DNA from: an uncultured Nitrososphaerales archaeon
GTDB taxonomy: Archaea > Thermoproteota > Nitrososphaeria > Nitrososphaerales > Nitrososphaeraceae
Length of the DNA: 64,000 nucleotides
Direction: 5' to 3'
NCBI GenBank assembly: GCA_963841565.1
Contig: CAWJCY010000012.1
Location: 160,001-224,000, forward strand
Part shown: piece after piece, positions 52,708 through 62,795 of the stretch
How positions within the stretch are numbered: the first letter of the stretch is position 1
How the letters are laid out: each line of letters begins with the position of its first letter
The notes under the pieces: model-generated
What the model was told of the DNA's origin: nothing
Databases searched by the model: none
What the model saw: only the letters and a program-made list of their open reading frames with translations
Made by a program: the position numbers and the translations under genes

Positions 52708-54495
52708 TCAAATGTAGCCAAAAAGCTCGTCACCTTTCCTTTTCGTATCTACAATATGATTCAGAACTTCCAGTTCGTCTTCAGTAAGTCTTTGTGTGAA
52801 ACGTTCATTAAGTAATTTCGCGTGTTTGCTATTTAGATCAGTGTAGAAGATTTCTCCTTCAGTAATCTGTCGACCTATAGTGGGGCCTCGGATGGAGACC
52901 GCAACCTGCATTCCCTTAGTAGCTTCCTCAATAGTTTTACCGCTTTGCTGTATTTGGTGGATAACACCTATTTTTTTGCCTTCTTCATTGATCACAGGAA
53001 TTTTTTGTCGTAATTTTCCCACTAGTACCTCGGCTCCGAATACAGCAGGGTCGTTACGTCGGAATACAAAGTTTTTCAAGAACTGAAATTTGCAAACTGG
53101 GGGAATTTCATTAAACATGATTACGTCTTGATGATCTTTCTGGTAAGCTGTCCAATCAATATAGCTTCTCACAAGATTATAGATGATTTTCTCATCAAAA
53201 ATCATGACTTGACGTTCCTGCGCCTCCCTAAGGGCATCATCTAGAACTCTGACATTAAATGCCAAAATCACTCCCAAATATCTGTCCTTCTCCCTTACAG
53301 CCGACGCCTCGATCACGTCCCTCTTGGTGACGTGCCCTATGTCCGCAATTCGTATGGGAACTTTTTGCTTTACAAGGAGGTCACTAATGGCTTCTATGGA
53401 ACCTATAGTGTCACATTTCATAGTGACGCCGTTGATATCCTTATTAACGAACGTATTCTTAATTTCAGCCTCGACAATTGCTCGAAGTCGAGGTTCGTCT
53501 TCCTTCTGATTTAGAACGAAAAGCGGACTCCCAGCCATGACTCCGGCGAGGTCTGGAGAAGTGATTTTTACTCCGGCGGCCGAAACTACCTCCGACACGT
53601 GTCTAAACTTGTCCCGAGGGTCTCTCATTTCATCAAGTGGCTTGGGAAGAAGAATTGCCTTTACACGAGTTACTACTGCGCCATTTCTCTTGGCAACTAT
53701 AACACTACATCCCTGACGAAGGATTCCATCGAACAGTATCACATTGGCTGCCGGTCCCAAGCCTACCTCTTCGTTGATTTCCAAGACGATACCTCTTCCC
53801 TCCTCTTCGTGTCGTTCCAGTTTTTGGTTCAAGTACTGCTGTGTCAATCCTATAAGAACAGCAAGTAATTCAGGTATCCCCACCCCAGTTCTTGCACTGA
53901 CAGGCACTATTGCTACTTCCTTTGTAAAGTTCTTGATTCGCCAGAACGCTTCTGAATTGTATCCGGATATAGAAAGTGAGCCGACGACACTGTAGATCAT
54001 TTCATCCAGTGCAGTTTGAATTGACTTATCCTGCATACTCACTGCCTTACTTATCGAATCTCCCCCCAGATCGTTGCGCCATCCACTAACGGTGTCAACC
54101 TTATTCAGCGCAATAACAAATGGAACCTTTCTTTTCTTCAAGATATCAATGCTTTCTTCTGTTTGAGCTTCGAATCCCTTGTTAGCATCTACCACAATTA
54201 TTGCAATATCGGCTGCTGAACCTCCTCGTACTCTTAGAGTAGCGAAGACTTCGTGACCAGGAGTATCTATCACCAGAATTCCTGGAATCTGTGAATCAGT
54301 AGTTGAAATCTTGTTAAATAAGTCCCCTGTTACCCTTCTAATTGTATCAATCGGGAAAAAACTTGCTCCTATATGTTGGGTAATTCCCCCCGCCTCTCTA
54401 GCTTGAACCGCCGTTCCTCTAACCTTATCCAGTAGAGAAGTCTTACCGGAGTCTACGTGACCAAGTACAACTACAACCGGATGCCTGAGTGCCAC
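52708..54495 (-). CDS. infB: Translation initiation factor aIF5B (IF-2)
   Basis: GHVDSGKT, GGITQHIGA, DTPGHE and NKVD motifs. Confidence 0.97.
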   Translation of the reverse strand: MALRHPVVVVLGHVDSGKTSLLDKVRGTAVQAREAGGITQHIGASFFPIDTIRRVTGDLFNKISTTDSQIPGILVIDTPGHEVFATLRVRGGSAADIAIIVVDANKGFEAQTEESIDILKKRKVPFVIALNKVDTVSGWRNDLGGDSISKAVSMQDKSIQTALDEMIYSVVGSLSISGYNSEAFWRIKNFTKEVAIVPVSARTGVGIPELLAVLIGLTQQYLNQKLERHEEEGRGIVLEINEEVGLGPAANVILFDGILRQGCSVIVAKRNGAVVTRVKAILLPKPLDEMRDPRDKFRHVSEVVSAAGVKITSPDLAGVMAGSPLFVLNQKEDEPRLRAIVEAEIKNTFVNKDINGVTMKCDTIGSIEAISDLLVKQKVPIRIADIGHVTKRDVIEASAVREKDRYLGVILAFNVRVLDDALREAQERQVMIFDEKIIYNLVRSYIDWTAYQKDHQDVIMFNEIPPVCKFQFLKNFVFRRNDPAVFGAEVLVGKLRQKIPVINEEGKKIGVIHQIQQSGKTIEEATKGMQVAVSIRGPTIGRQITEGEIFYTDLNSKHAKLLNERFTQRLTEDELEVLNHIVDTKRKGDELFGYI

Positions 54496-54903
54496 TTAAA
54501 TGCTATCAAAAATCACTCCAGCCTCTTTTATGAAGCTTTCATACGAATCTGATGCATGCACTATATTATCTGTTATGTTAAGGGCTAGATCTCCACGGAT
54601 TGTACCAGGAGCAGCTTCATATGATTTTGTTGAACCTATCATGATTCGTACTGCGTTTATTGCACTATTACCGTCCAGAATTAACGCCATTGTAGGACCA
54701 GAGGTAATAAAAGAAACTAATTCATTGAAAAACGGTTTATTGCTATGAGCCGAATAGAACTCTTCTGCTTTTTCCTTGGTAAATGAGTATGACTTTAGAT
54801 TATCAATATTGAATCCCTTTTCTTCAAACCTGGAGATTATCTTCCCAGCTAATTTTCTCTTTACAGCATCTGGCTTTATAACAACTAGAGTTCGCTCTCC
54901 CAA
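54496..54903 (-). CDS. ndk: Nucleoside diphosphate kinase
   Basis: IKPDAV, PGTIRGD and NIVHASDS motifs. Confidence 0.97.
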   Translation of the reverse strand: MGERTLVVIKPDAVKRKLAGKIISRFEEKGFNIDNLKSYSFTKEKAEEFYSAHSNKPFFNELVSFITSGPTMALILDGNSAINAVRIMIGSTKSYEAAPGTIRGDLALNITDNIVHASDSYESFIKEAGVIFDSI

Positions 54904-54907
54904 GAGA

Positions 54908-55123
54908 TTAACCCTTCCCTACTCTAATACCACCTTTCATGTACTTCTTTGTCCATTTCAGTTTCCTAGGATCCCGTTTTAGTTCTCTCAGATTTTTCTT
55001 GCATTTGGATGAGCATGTCCATTGTATCGACCCATCATTCCGAACCAGCATTATCCCCTGACTTGGAGGAATATGTTTTCCGCAAAAGGAACAATTTCTT
55101 AGTGAAGTTGCTGATTTACTCAT
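54908..55123 (-). CDS. rpl24e: 50S ribosomal protein L24e
   Basis: CSFCG...CSSKC...PRKLKWT. Confidence 0.96.
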   Translation of the reverse strand: MSKSATSLRNCSFCGKHIPPSQGIMLVRNDGSIQWTCSSKCKKNLRELKRDPRKLKWTKKYMKGGIRVGKG

Positions 55124-55159
55124 TGGCTAGTCTGACACCTCTAGAATACATTCTAAACC

Positions 55160-55375
55160 TTACTTTATTTTTCGAGCTTCTCGCTCAGTTTCTCGTAGCA
55201 TCAATATATCGTTCATTCTTATCGAGCCTTTGACGTTTCTTGTCAGGATTCGGCCTTTGTCCTTGCCCTCAAGGATTCTCACTCTAACTTGAATAACCTC
55301 TCCGGCAATTCCTGTTCGACCTACTATCTGGATTACCTCTGCCGGATTAATCCTCTCTTCCGATGACTTGCTCAT
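55160..55375 (-). CDS. rps28e: 30S ribosomal protein S28e
   Basis: [12 protein letters not shown]...RNVKG...ETEREAR. Confidence 0.97.
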   Translation of the reverse strand: MSKSSEERINPAEVIQIVGRTGIAGEVIQVRVRILEGKDKGRILTRNVKGSIRMNDILMLRETEREARKIK

Positions 55376-55383
55376 ATTCTCCT

Positions 55384-55767
55384 CTATTCCTTTTTCTTGT
55401 CTCTTAGCGGCTGTATGGAATTAAGCACTTGCTCAACAATAGTTTGAGCTTCACCTGGATCCAAGATGGTAGCAGCCGCTGACCCAACATCCATACCCAA
55501 AGAAGCACCGAGTTGTTCCTTACTTGGGACAAAAATATATGGAGCATTTCTCTCCTCGCACAAAATTGGCAGATGAGCGACAACTTCAGGTGGTTCTACA
55601 TTCTCTGCGATGACCACTAATTTTGTATTCCCTCGTTCAATGGACTTTGTAGTCTCATTGGTTCCCCTACGTACCTTTCCACTTTGCTTAGCCACTCTAA
55701 CTGCTTCATATATCACATTCACAAGGTCTTTAGGTGTCTCGAATTTGACATAATACGGTCTACTCAT
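55384..55767 (-). CDS. rpl7ae: 50S ribosomal protein L7Ae
   Basis: [12 protein letters not shown] and [14 protein letters not shown] motifs. Confidence 0.97.
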   Translation of the reverse strand: MSRPYYVKFETPKDLVNVIYEAVRVAKQSGKVRRGTNETTKSIERGNTKLVVIAENVEPPEVVAHLPILCEERNAPYIFVPSKEQLGASLGMDVGSAAATILDPGEAQTIVEQVLNSIQPLRDKKKE

Positions 55768-55847
55768 TTTAAATAATCACCCTCTGGGATCATCTCGATT
55801 CTTCTATAGAGATCAGTGGAGTATTAAATATGTTATCCATGATAACT

Positions 55848-57254
55848 CTAATTAAATTCGTCATTGCCCAGCACATTTCTAATAACTTTAGTGTATTCGC
55901 GCACCTTAGAGTCCAAAAGATCTTTATCTGTCGATTCTGCATACATCCTAACTAGTGGTTCAGTACCACTAGCTCTTACCATTACCCAAGTCTCCTCGTC
56001 AATCCAGATCTTGACGCCGTCAAGATTCTCTATTCTAATACTCGTGCCGTGGCTTGAACACGACTCAATGACACGCTGAGCGAGCTCTAATGACTTACAA
56101 TGGAATTTAGACTTGTACTGATAGAGCTGAGGAAGTTCCATGATCTCCCTGGAAAGTGGCCTCTTTCCAGAACTAGATGATAGCATCTCCAAGACCAATA
56201 GCGTAGTAAGGGCCCCATCTCGGACCGAATTTAACCGCCCATTCATGAAACCACCATTTTCTTCAAGCCCTAACACCGCGTTTCGTTTGATCATCTCTCG
56301 GGAAACCTCGACGCTTCCCACCTTAGTATGAATAACTTTCGATCCCTCATTCTGAGCGACAATACTAACCATCATCGTAGTATTCACTGGACAAACAATA
56401 TCAGTCCCTTCATATCCATTCTTCAATAGGTACGCGATTAATGATGCACCCAATCTGTCTCCCCAAATGATTTGTCCATTCTCGTCGCAAAATATACTTC
56501 GATCTCCATCACCATCGTACGCCACCCCAAAATCAGCATTGGTGGACTTTACGAGTGAAGTAAGAGTACTCAGGTTAGTGGGCGTGGGTTCAGAGCCTCT
56601 TCCAGGAAAGTTACCGTCTATATTACCATTCACGGTCAATACCTTACATCCGAGTTTCTGTGCCATAATTGGGGCTACCAATGCCTGCGTCCCATTTCCT
56701 ATATCCATTACAATCCTGAATCCTTTTGAGTAAATTTTTTCTGAATTGACAACTTGGATAGCAGAATTTACATACGATGAAATTACCCTATCGTCATTGC
56801 TCTCTCTCCCTATTTTCCGAACTGGGAGGATTTCACCAGAATTAAAATTGAGTTCTATTTTTGACTCGTCGTCTCTTGAAATTTCCACTCCATCATTTGC
56901 AATGGCCTTAATTCCATTGTATTCGGGGGGATTATGTGAAGCGGTAATCATGACGCCGCCTTTATAACCTAAGTATTTGGTCGCGTATTGCAGACAGGGG
57001 GTAGGTAGAAGGCCGGCCATACAGGTATCCGTTCCGGAAGAATTGAGCGTTGCAGAAACGATTTTAGAAATCACCGGACTAGATATTCGTCCGTCAAAAC
57101 CGACTAAGATTGGTCCGTTAGCAAAGAACGACGCTAATGAACGAGAAACTTTCATAATGAATTCGAGATTAAGGTCTTGACCGAAAATTCCTCTAACTCC
57201 ATTAGTTCCAAATAGTTTTGGGCTATCCTCGCGCTTCATTCTGCTTTTAAGCAC
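55848..57254 (-). CDS. glmM: Phosphoglucosamine mutase / phosphohexomutase
   Basis: LFGTNGVRG, ITASHNPPEYNG, DGDGDR, GLEENGG and RASGTEP motifs. Confidence 0.88.
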   Translation of the reverse strand: MLKSRMKREDSPKLFGTNGVRGIFGQDLNLEFIMKVSRSLASFFANGPILVGFDGRISSPVISKIVSATLNSSGTDTCMAGLLPTPCLQYATKYLGYKGGVMITASHNPPEYNGIKAIANDGVEISRDDESKIELNFNSGEILPVRKIGRESNDDRVISSYVNSAIQVVNSEKIYSKGFRIVMDIGNGTQALVAPIMAQKLGCKVLTVNGNIDGNFPGRGSEPTPTNLSTLTSLVKSTNADFGVAYDGDGDRSIFCDENGQIIWGDRLGASLIAYLLKNGYEGTDIVCPVNTTMMVSIVAQNEGSKVIHTKVGSVEVSREMIKRNAVLGLEENGGFMNGRLNSVRDGALTTLLVLEMLSSSSGKRPLSREIMELPQLYQYKSKFHCKSLELAQRVIESCSSHGTSIRIENLDGVKIWIDEETWVMVRASGTEPLVRMYAESTDKDLLDSKVREYTKVIRNVLGNDEFN

Positions 57255-57926
57255 TGAAATGTAATTTAATTATAGTGATTAAATTAATGACAATGATTAC
57301 ATCAACAAGATGGAAGTTTGAGAGTATTCAGTAGTGGAATTATCGAATTAGGAAGGGAACGTCGGATGCAGTCGAGGATCAGATTTATTTCATCGTGAAA
57401 AGAAAGAACTATCTAATGTTGATTTCAATTTATTTCCGAACTAATCCACCGAACGCGTTAGATTCAAATCATTTCAAGGCGAAATACCAACTTGGAGTCA
57501 AATCAATCGATTAATAGTAATTATGATTTCATATTATCAAGAAAATAATCGAAAGGAAATGTGCCCTGGCTCGAGGCGTTATTGATGTTAAAGGTTGGTA
57601 CCCGAAAAGTTATGTTAGCCGGAACCTTTGACACTACTTACCAAGCTGTGTAATACATGCACCTCGGTGAAATCGTCGATGAAACTCCATCGCGTTTAGA
57701 CGCATAAACTAACGAATAATAATAACTTACAAGTAAAAACTTTCGCAAATGAATTGGTATGCAAGGTAAGAACGTTTCTTTATTCTATTCATGTGGTCAC
57801 TAAATACTTGCAGCACACAATGGGATAGTCATATTCTATGTTCCGAGATAGTATTCCCACAATAGTTGCATCATGCATATTAAACCATAAACGCTAATAT
57901 ATTGAAGCGCAGTGAACAGCTTGCAA

Positions 57927-58070
57927 GCGGGGGTTGCCAAGCCTGGCCAACGGCGCAGGACATCATGTGTTGCAAAAATGCATGATTGTGCGAGGCTTAG
58001 AATGAGTCAGGTCATTGCTCCTAGAACCCTGTTCCTAAGGGATTCGTGGGTTCAAATCCCACCCCCCGCA
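57927..58070 (+). tRNA. tRNA-Leu(UAG) with two introns (57960-57994 at 30/31; 57999-58022 at 34/35)
   Basis: Spliced 85-nt product: GCGGGGG/CCCCCGC acceptor, CAGGG-CTTAGAA-CCCTG, long variable arm, GTGGG-TTCAAAT-CCCAC. Confidence 0.9.
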
Positions 58071-58082
58071 TGAATGTTTATA

Positions 58083-58292
58083 TCATGATATTTGCTTGAT
58101 GCATTGATCAAGCTGCTTATGATTATTAAAGTGTGCAGCACAAAAATGATTGTCACAGTCTCCGCAATGCCAACCCGAAATCGTGTAACAAATTATGCAC
58201 TTATCTAGTGGTTTATTATAATCAAAATTTTTTTTATGCCCTCGTGTCTTACTATGTTGTTGTTGAGATTGATGATTGATCCCGCGTCTCAT
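58083..58292 (-). CDS. Small Cys/His-rich zinc-binding protein (B-box/AN1-like)
   Basis: CIIC-x6-HCGDC-x3-CAAH-x3-H pattern after a basic, Gln-rich N-terminus. Confidence 0.62.
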   Translation of the reverse strand: MRRGINHQSQQQHSKTRGHKKNFDYNKPLDKCIICYTISGWHCGDCDNHFCAAHFNNHKQLDQCIKQIS

Positions 58293-58471
58293 ACAGATTC
58301 TGGCCTATTACAAATAACTTCTCATAACATCACAATTCAGTGTGACAAGATGTAAAGTCTTTAGTGTGCACGAACATTTGGGTTTTGATTCTAAATACGC
58401 ATACTTAATCGAAGGATTTATACTTTTTCAAGGTGTAAGGTTTATGTAAAGTATCAATTATTCCTAGGTCG

Positions 58472-59353
58472 TTGGCTAGCCGGAGCATAAGAGACAGGAC
58501 ATTAATCGAGATAACTGTGATAGGCAAGGACCGAGAAGGGGTAGTAGCAGAAATAACCAACTCCATTTTTCGTAATGGCGGAAATATTGAGCAGATAAAT
58601 CAAAAGGTAGTCCACGGGTTATTTGGGATGCATCTGGAAGCTTCTTTTCATAACACTGTAAAACTTCATGAAATACATTCAGAACTGCACGATCTTTCAA
58701 CCAAATTACAAATGGAGATCAAAGCTCACGTTGAAGAACCCAATAGAAAGAAAAACGTTGCTCTACTAGTAAGCAAAGAACCTCATTGTTTATTATCAAT
58801 ACTGAATGCGCAGCAAAGCAAGGAAATTGATTCTAATATTTCAGTAATTATTGGTAGTGAAAGTACCCTCAAGGGTATTGTAGACGAGCTTTCAATCCCC
58901 TTTCATTCAGTCTCGTATGAAAATGGTCCCACACACGCAGAAGGTGAGATCTTGGATGTTATCGAAGATTACAACATAGATCTCATTGTGCTTGCTCGTT
59001 ATATGCGTGTATTGACACCTAATTTTGTCTGGCGATACCCTAACAGAATCATAAACATTCACCCCTCGTTACTACCAGCATTTCCAGGCGCTTACGCCTA
59101 TGTGCAAGCATTCGAAAGGGGTGCGAAAATAGTGGGATGTACAGCCCATTTTGTTACTGAGGAGTTAGATCAAGGCCCTATTATTTGTCAGGAATCCTTT
59201 AAAGTTATGGAAGACGATACACTAGAATCGATAAAAAAGAAAGGCCAGCAGCTAGAGGCTGCGACACTATTGGAAGCAGTTAAGCTTTTTCTTGACGACA
59301 GGTTAGATGTTTATTGGAGCAAGGTACACACCTTATCCAAAAGTAGAAAATGA
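58472..59353 (+). CDS. purU: Formyltetrahydrofolate deformylase
   Basis: N-terminal ACT domain; VSKEPHCL, LARYMRVL, INIHPSLLPAF and LDQGPII motifs. Confidence 0.94.
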   Translation: MASRSIRDRTLIEITVIGKDREGVVAEITNSIFRNGGNIEQINQKVVHGLFGMHLEASFHNTVKLHEIHSELHDLSTKLQMEIKAHVEEPNRKKNVALLVSKEPHCLLSILNAQQSKEIDSNISVIIGSESTLKGIVDELSIPFHSVSYENGPTHAEGEILDVIEDYNIDLIVLARYMRVLTPNFVWRYPNRIINIHPSLLPAFPGAYAYVQAFERGAKIVGCTAHFVTEELDQGPIICQESFKVMEDDTLESIKKKGQQLEAATLLEAVKLFLDDRLDVYWSKVHTLSKSRK

Positions 59354-59429
59354 TCTTCAGATCATAGGTTTAGGGCAGAACTCCGCCAACAATATAAAAC
59401 TGATATTCTAGCTAGTTCGTACAATAGTA

Positions 59430-60137
59430 ATGGCCTTCTCCATTTACGACCTTAGTGACAGTGATTTTCGCGATCGGTTGGCACGAACCCAATCTGCAAT
59501 AATACCTGTAGGTTCACTTGAACAACATGGACAGCACCTGCCAGTGTCAACAGATTGCTTGATTGCTGAACACATTTCTAAAGAAACGGGTCGGAGATTA
59601 GAATATTTTGTGTTCCCTATTGTTCCTTATGGAGTATCGTTTGAACACGCCCCAATGTTTAATATTTCTGTCCACGATTCCACACTCTCTAATCTACTAT
59701 GTGACATTTGCATATCTATAGCCCATCTTGGTATCAAAAAAATAGTGATAATCAATGGTCATCATGGAAACATGGGAGTGTTACAATATGTCTCCCAAAA
59801 TACATTTGAAAAAATGCCACCTGATTCAGCAGTACATATAATCAATTATTGGTCTTTTATGAATGAAAAATTTGATCACGCGGGGGAGGTGGAAACCTCA
59901 ATATTGTTGGCAATAAAACCTACTTTGGTAAAGATGGATAAGGCGAAAGCAAGCAGCAAGATTCTCACGAAGTCAAGAGAGGCCTACTGGAGCATGACCT
60001 GCCGGCCTGGTTCTTTTCCTAAGTTAACAGGCAACGGGGTGTGGGGAGATCCGAAACTTGCATCAGCTGAAAAGGGTAAGGAATTGCTCAGTGAAATAAA
60101 TGAAAATATTATCAGAACTATACGTGAATTTGGATAG
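59430..60137 (+). CDS. Creatininase/ArfB family amidohydrolase
   Basis: PVGSLEQHGQHLP, NGHHGN, DHAGEVETS and GVWGDP motifs. Confidence 0.9.
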   Translation: MAFSIYDLSDSDFRDRLARTQSAIIPVGSLEQHGQHLPVSTDCLIAEHISKETGRRLEYFVFPIVPYGVSFEHAPMFNISVHDSTLSNLLCDICISIAHLGIKKIVIINGHHGNMGVLQYVSQNTFEKMPPDSAVHIINYWSFMNEKFDHAGEVETSILLAIKPTLVKMDKAKASSKILTKSREAYWSMTCRPGSFPKLTGNGVWGDPKLASAEKGKELLSEINENIIRTIREFG

Positions 60138-60299
60138 TATACAAGACAGATAAAAGTGGCACCTTCATATCTTGAGATATTGCTACGTGCCTATCGATCG
60201 TAGCAATTAACTTACAATTTATAAAGCTCGACCAAGACAGTTATTGCACAATCAGAATTTTAATATATACGTGAGTATTGCTTAATAGAGGAATCAAGA

Positions 60300-60530
60300 T
60301 TGTCGGTAGACATGGCGGTAAAGGTTCTAGACGAGAGCCTAGGGAAGGTTGTTCTTATTAAGCTAAAGGGCGGTAAAGTGATCAGAGGGAGTCTGCACGG
60401 ATTCGATCAACACATGAATCTGTTGCTTGAAGACTCTGTTGAATTATTGGAGGAAAGTAAGTCAAATGATTTAGGAACCATTGTTGTACGAGGAGACAAC
60501 GTTGTCATAATATCCCCACCTCCTCAGTAG
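60300..60530 (+). CDS. Sm-like archaeal protein (Lsm/SmAP)
   Basis: [10 protein letters not shown] (Sm1) and VRGDNV (Sm2); adjacent to rpl37e. Confidence 0.95.
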   Translation: MSVDMAVKVLDESLGKVVLIKLKGGKVIRGSLHGFDQHMNLLLEDSVELLEESKSNDLGTIVVRGDNVVIISPPPQ

Positions 60531-60543
60531 GGAAGATTGTGAA

Positions 60544-60714
60544 ATGACCAAAGGCACCACTTCAATGGGTAATTTCACCCGAAAGAAGACACATATACGT
60601 TGTAGAAGATGTGGACATAACTCCTACCACAAGCGAGGAAAGCAATGTGCGAAATGCGGGTTCCCAGATCCACAAATTAGAAAATATAGTTGGATCAAAC
60701 GTCGGGTCTTATAA
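60544..60714 (+). CDS. rpl37e: 50S ribosomal protein L37e (below ORF-track cutoff)
   Basis: MTKGTTSMG...[14 protein letters not shown]...CAKCGFP...RKYSW. Confidence 0.95.
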   Translation: MTKGTTSMGNFTRKKTHIRCRRCGHNSYHKRGKQCAKCGFPDPQIRKYSWIKRRVL

Positions 60715-60803
60715 TTAATGGGCTCAAACTGCTTAGGGACCTTTAATACGTTCTATGATTTACAATAGTCTATAAGGTAGTTACATACATAGATTGACAT
60801 CGA

Positions 60804-61637
60804 TTGAATGAAGAGATCATATTTATTGGGAGCGCTCTAGCTGGCTCTCTCTTGACTATCGCGATCGACAGGTTAGTAAGGCCTGCATTCTCAAAAGAGA
60901 ACAAGAATACTTTAGGATCATATGATTCTGTAAGAACAGAGTTAAGTTCGCTTGAATTTGAAAGGAATTTAGTGGCTGAATCGGCGATTAAAGTGGATGA
61001 AGCATTCAGCGAGAAGAGAATCGATGTATATGAGCGAGATAAGCTCCTTCAGCGATACACAACGGAGGTGGAGCATTTCGAGGAGAGAATAGACAAATAT
61101 CAGAATTTATTAGATGTTGCAGATCTCAGAAACCAACGAGATAATCTTACTGAAATGATAAACAGAAGAATATCTTCGATTGACCAGAAATTAAAAGACA
61201 TTCACAATAGATTCGCAATTACGTACGGAAGTACAGAAGGTCACCGAATAGAGCATGTATTAGAGAAGGCCATTCAAGAAGTGGTACATGACAATCTGCA
61301 TGATTCTGAACGCATTGACGAATCAAAGCAAGTTTCAACTTCCACCTCATCGACACATGACTTATCTCATCCTTTTGAAGATGATCGACCTGAAGTTAAA
61401 CGACTCGAAGAACTTCACCACCAAATAATGTTAGAGCTTGACAGATTTGAACACGATGAAAAAAAGGTGTATGAAACTCATGCCGCAAAAAGTAAGGAAG
61501 TTCTCCAAAGTTCAACTACTCTGAATCAGGTTGAAAACGACATGGAATCGTTAGCCGAAAATGGTAAAGAAACGGCGAAAGAAAAAAAAGAAATGACCCC
61601 ATCATCTTTGGGGGAAGATCAAGCCGGTGAACGTTGA
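60804..61637 (+). CDS. Membrane-anchored coiled-coil hypothetical protein
   Basis: N-terminal hydrophobic helix followed by long Glu/Lys/Arg heptad-rich helices. Confidence 0.72.
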   Translation: MNEEIIFIGSALAGSLLTIAIDRLVRPAFSKENKNTLGSYDSVRTELSSLEFERNLVAESAIKVDEAFSEKRIDVYERDKLLQRYTTEVEHFEERIDKYQNLLDVADLRNQRDNLTEMINRRISSIDQKLKDIHNRFAITYGSTEGHRIEHVLEKAIQEVVHDNLHDSERIDESKQVSTSTSSTHDLSHPFEDDRPEVKRLEELHHQIMLELDRFEHDEKKVYETHAAKSKEVLQSSTTLNQVENDMESLAENGKETAKEKKEMTPSSLGEDQAGER

Positions 61638-61671
61638 TTTTACTTTTCGGCTGCTATCAAACTTTTGATTC

Positions 61672-62397
61672 ATGATGTCACCATCGCAGGTCAGTGGTAA
61701 ACCAGATTTTACTCCGGTAATAAAGCACGTAATAAGAAAGCATGTCAAGAATAATCAGATTATAGGATTGGGTAGCGGAAGGGCCATGGCATGTCTTGTA
61801 CGGGAGTTGGGTCGAATAAATGGTACAAAAAAATTAAGATTTGTGGTTACTTCCTTACAAATAGAGGTTGAAGCGGAAAATGCAGGATTATTCATTTTGA
61901 ATGGGCCACAATCAGAACAGATTGATATCGTATTTGATGGCGCTGATCAAATTGACGCAAATCTTTTTATGATCAAAGGTGGGGGAGGTGCGTTAGTACG
62001 CGAAAAAGTACTTATGTATTCAGCAAAAAAAGTCATAATATTAGCTGATTCATCAAAATTTGTCGATCAATTTAAACGAAGCGTACCAATAGAGGTTATT
62101 CCTTTTGCAAGGTCAACCGTCCATCAAAGCTTGACCAGAATTGGTGCAAAGGTGGAGCTACGACAATCTGCAACAGGATATCCCTATTTTACGGATAATG
62201 GAAATATTATTTTCGACGCATATTTTCCTTCAATCCAAAATCCCGAAGCTTTGGAAAAGGAATTAACTTGCATACCAGGCATTGTGGAAGTTGGAATTTT
62301 CACTAGGCGGGCTGATAGATATTACGAGAAATCTGTTAAAGGATCTTTTAGGATAATCGCATTCCGCAAAAACGGTAAACATTTGGTATCTGCATAG
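61672..62397 (+). CDS. rpiA: Ribose-5-phosphate isomerase A
   Basis: GLGSG, DGADQ, IKGGGGAL.REK, TDNGN and PGIVEVGIF motifs. Confidence 0.95.
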   Translation: MMSPSQVSGKPDFTPVIKHVIRKHVKNNQIIGLGSGRAMACLVRELGRINGTKKLRFVVTSLQIEVEAENAGLFILNGPQSEQIDIVFDGADQIDANLFMIKGGGGALVREKVLMYSAKKVIILADSSKFVDQFKRSVPIEVIPFARSTVHQSLTRIGAKVELRQSATGYPYFTDNGNIIFDAYFPSIQNPEALEKELTCIPGIVEVGIFTRRADRYYEKSVKGSFRIIAFRKNGKHLVSA

Positions 62398-62795
62398 TCG
62401 ATTTGAATCTCAAATAATGGTGTACTTTGTATTTGTGCCAAACTGGTTTGATAGATCCGTTTTCTTTTTTTATCATTATCGCTTTCGTACTTCGATACGC
62501 CGTTTACACTCAAATCTATTAGCTCCTCCCGATGGAAATGGCTGTACTTTACCTTAAATTATCGTTATGAAACTCTCCAAATTAGTAATATCATATCATT
62601 TTAAAGAAAATTAAAATTAAATCGGATCATCACCAGTGCAAGCGCCACATATTACTGTTCTAATTTCTTCGCAGATTTTTACTCGATGAAATACTGCTTC
62701 AGAAGATCAAGTGTAATTTGACAAAAAAACGAATATCAAATTCAATAACTGCTATCAGAATCCCAAAGGCGCTTTCGAGCGCAATTCTTGGTGTA

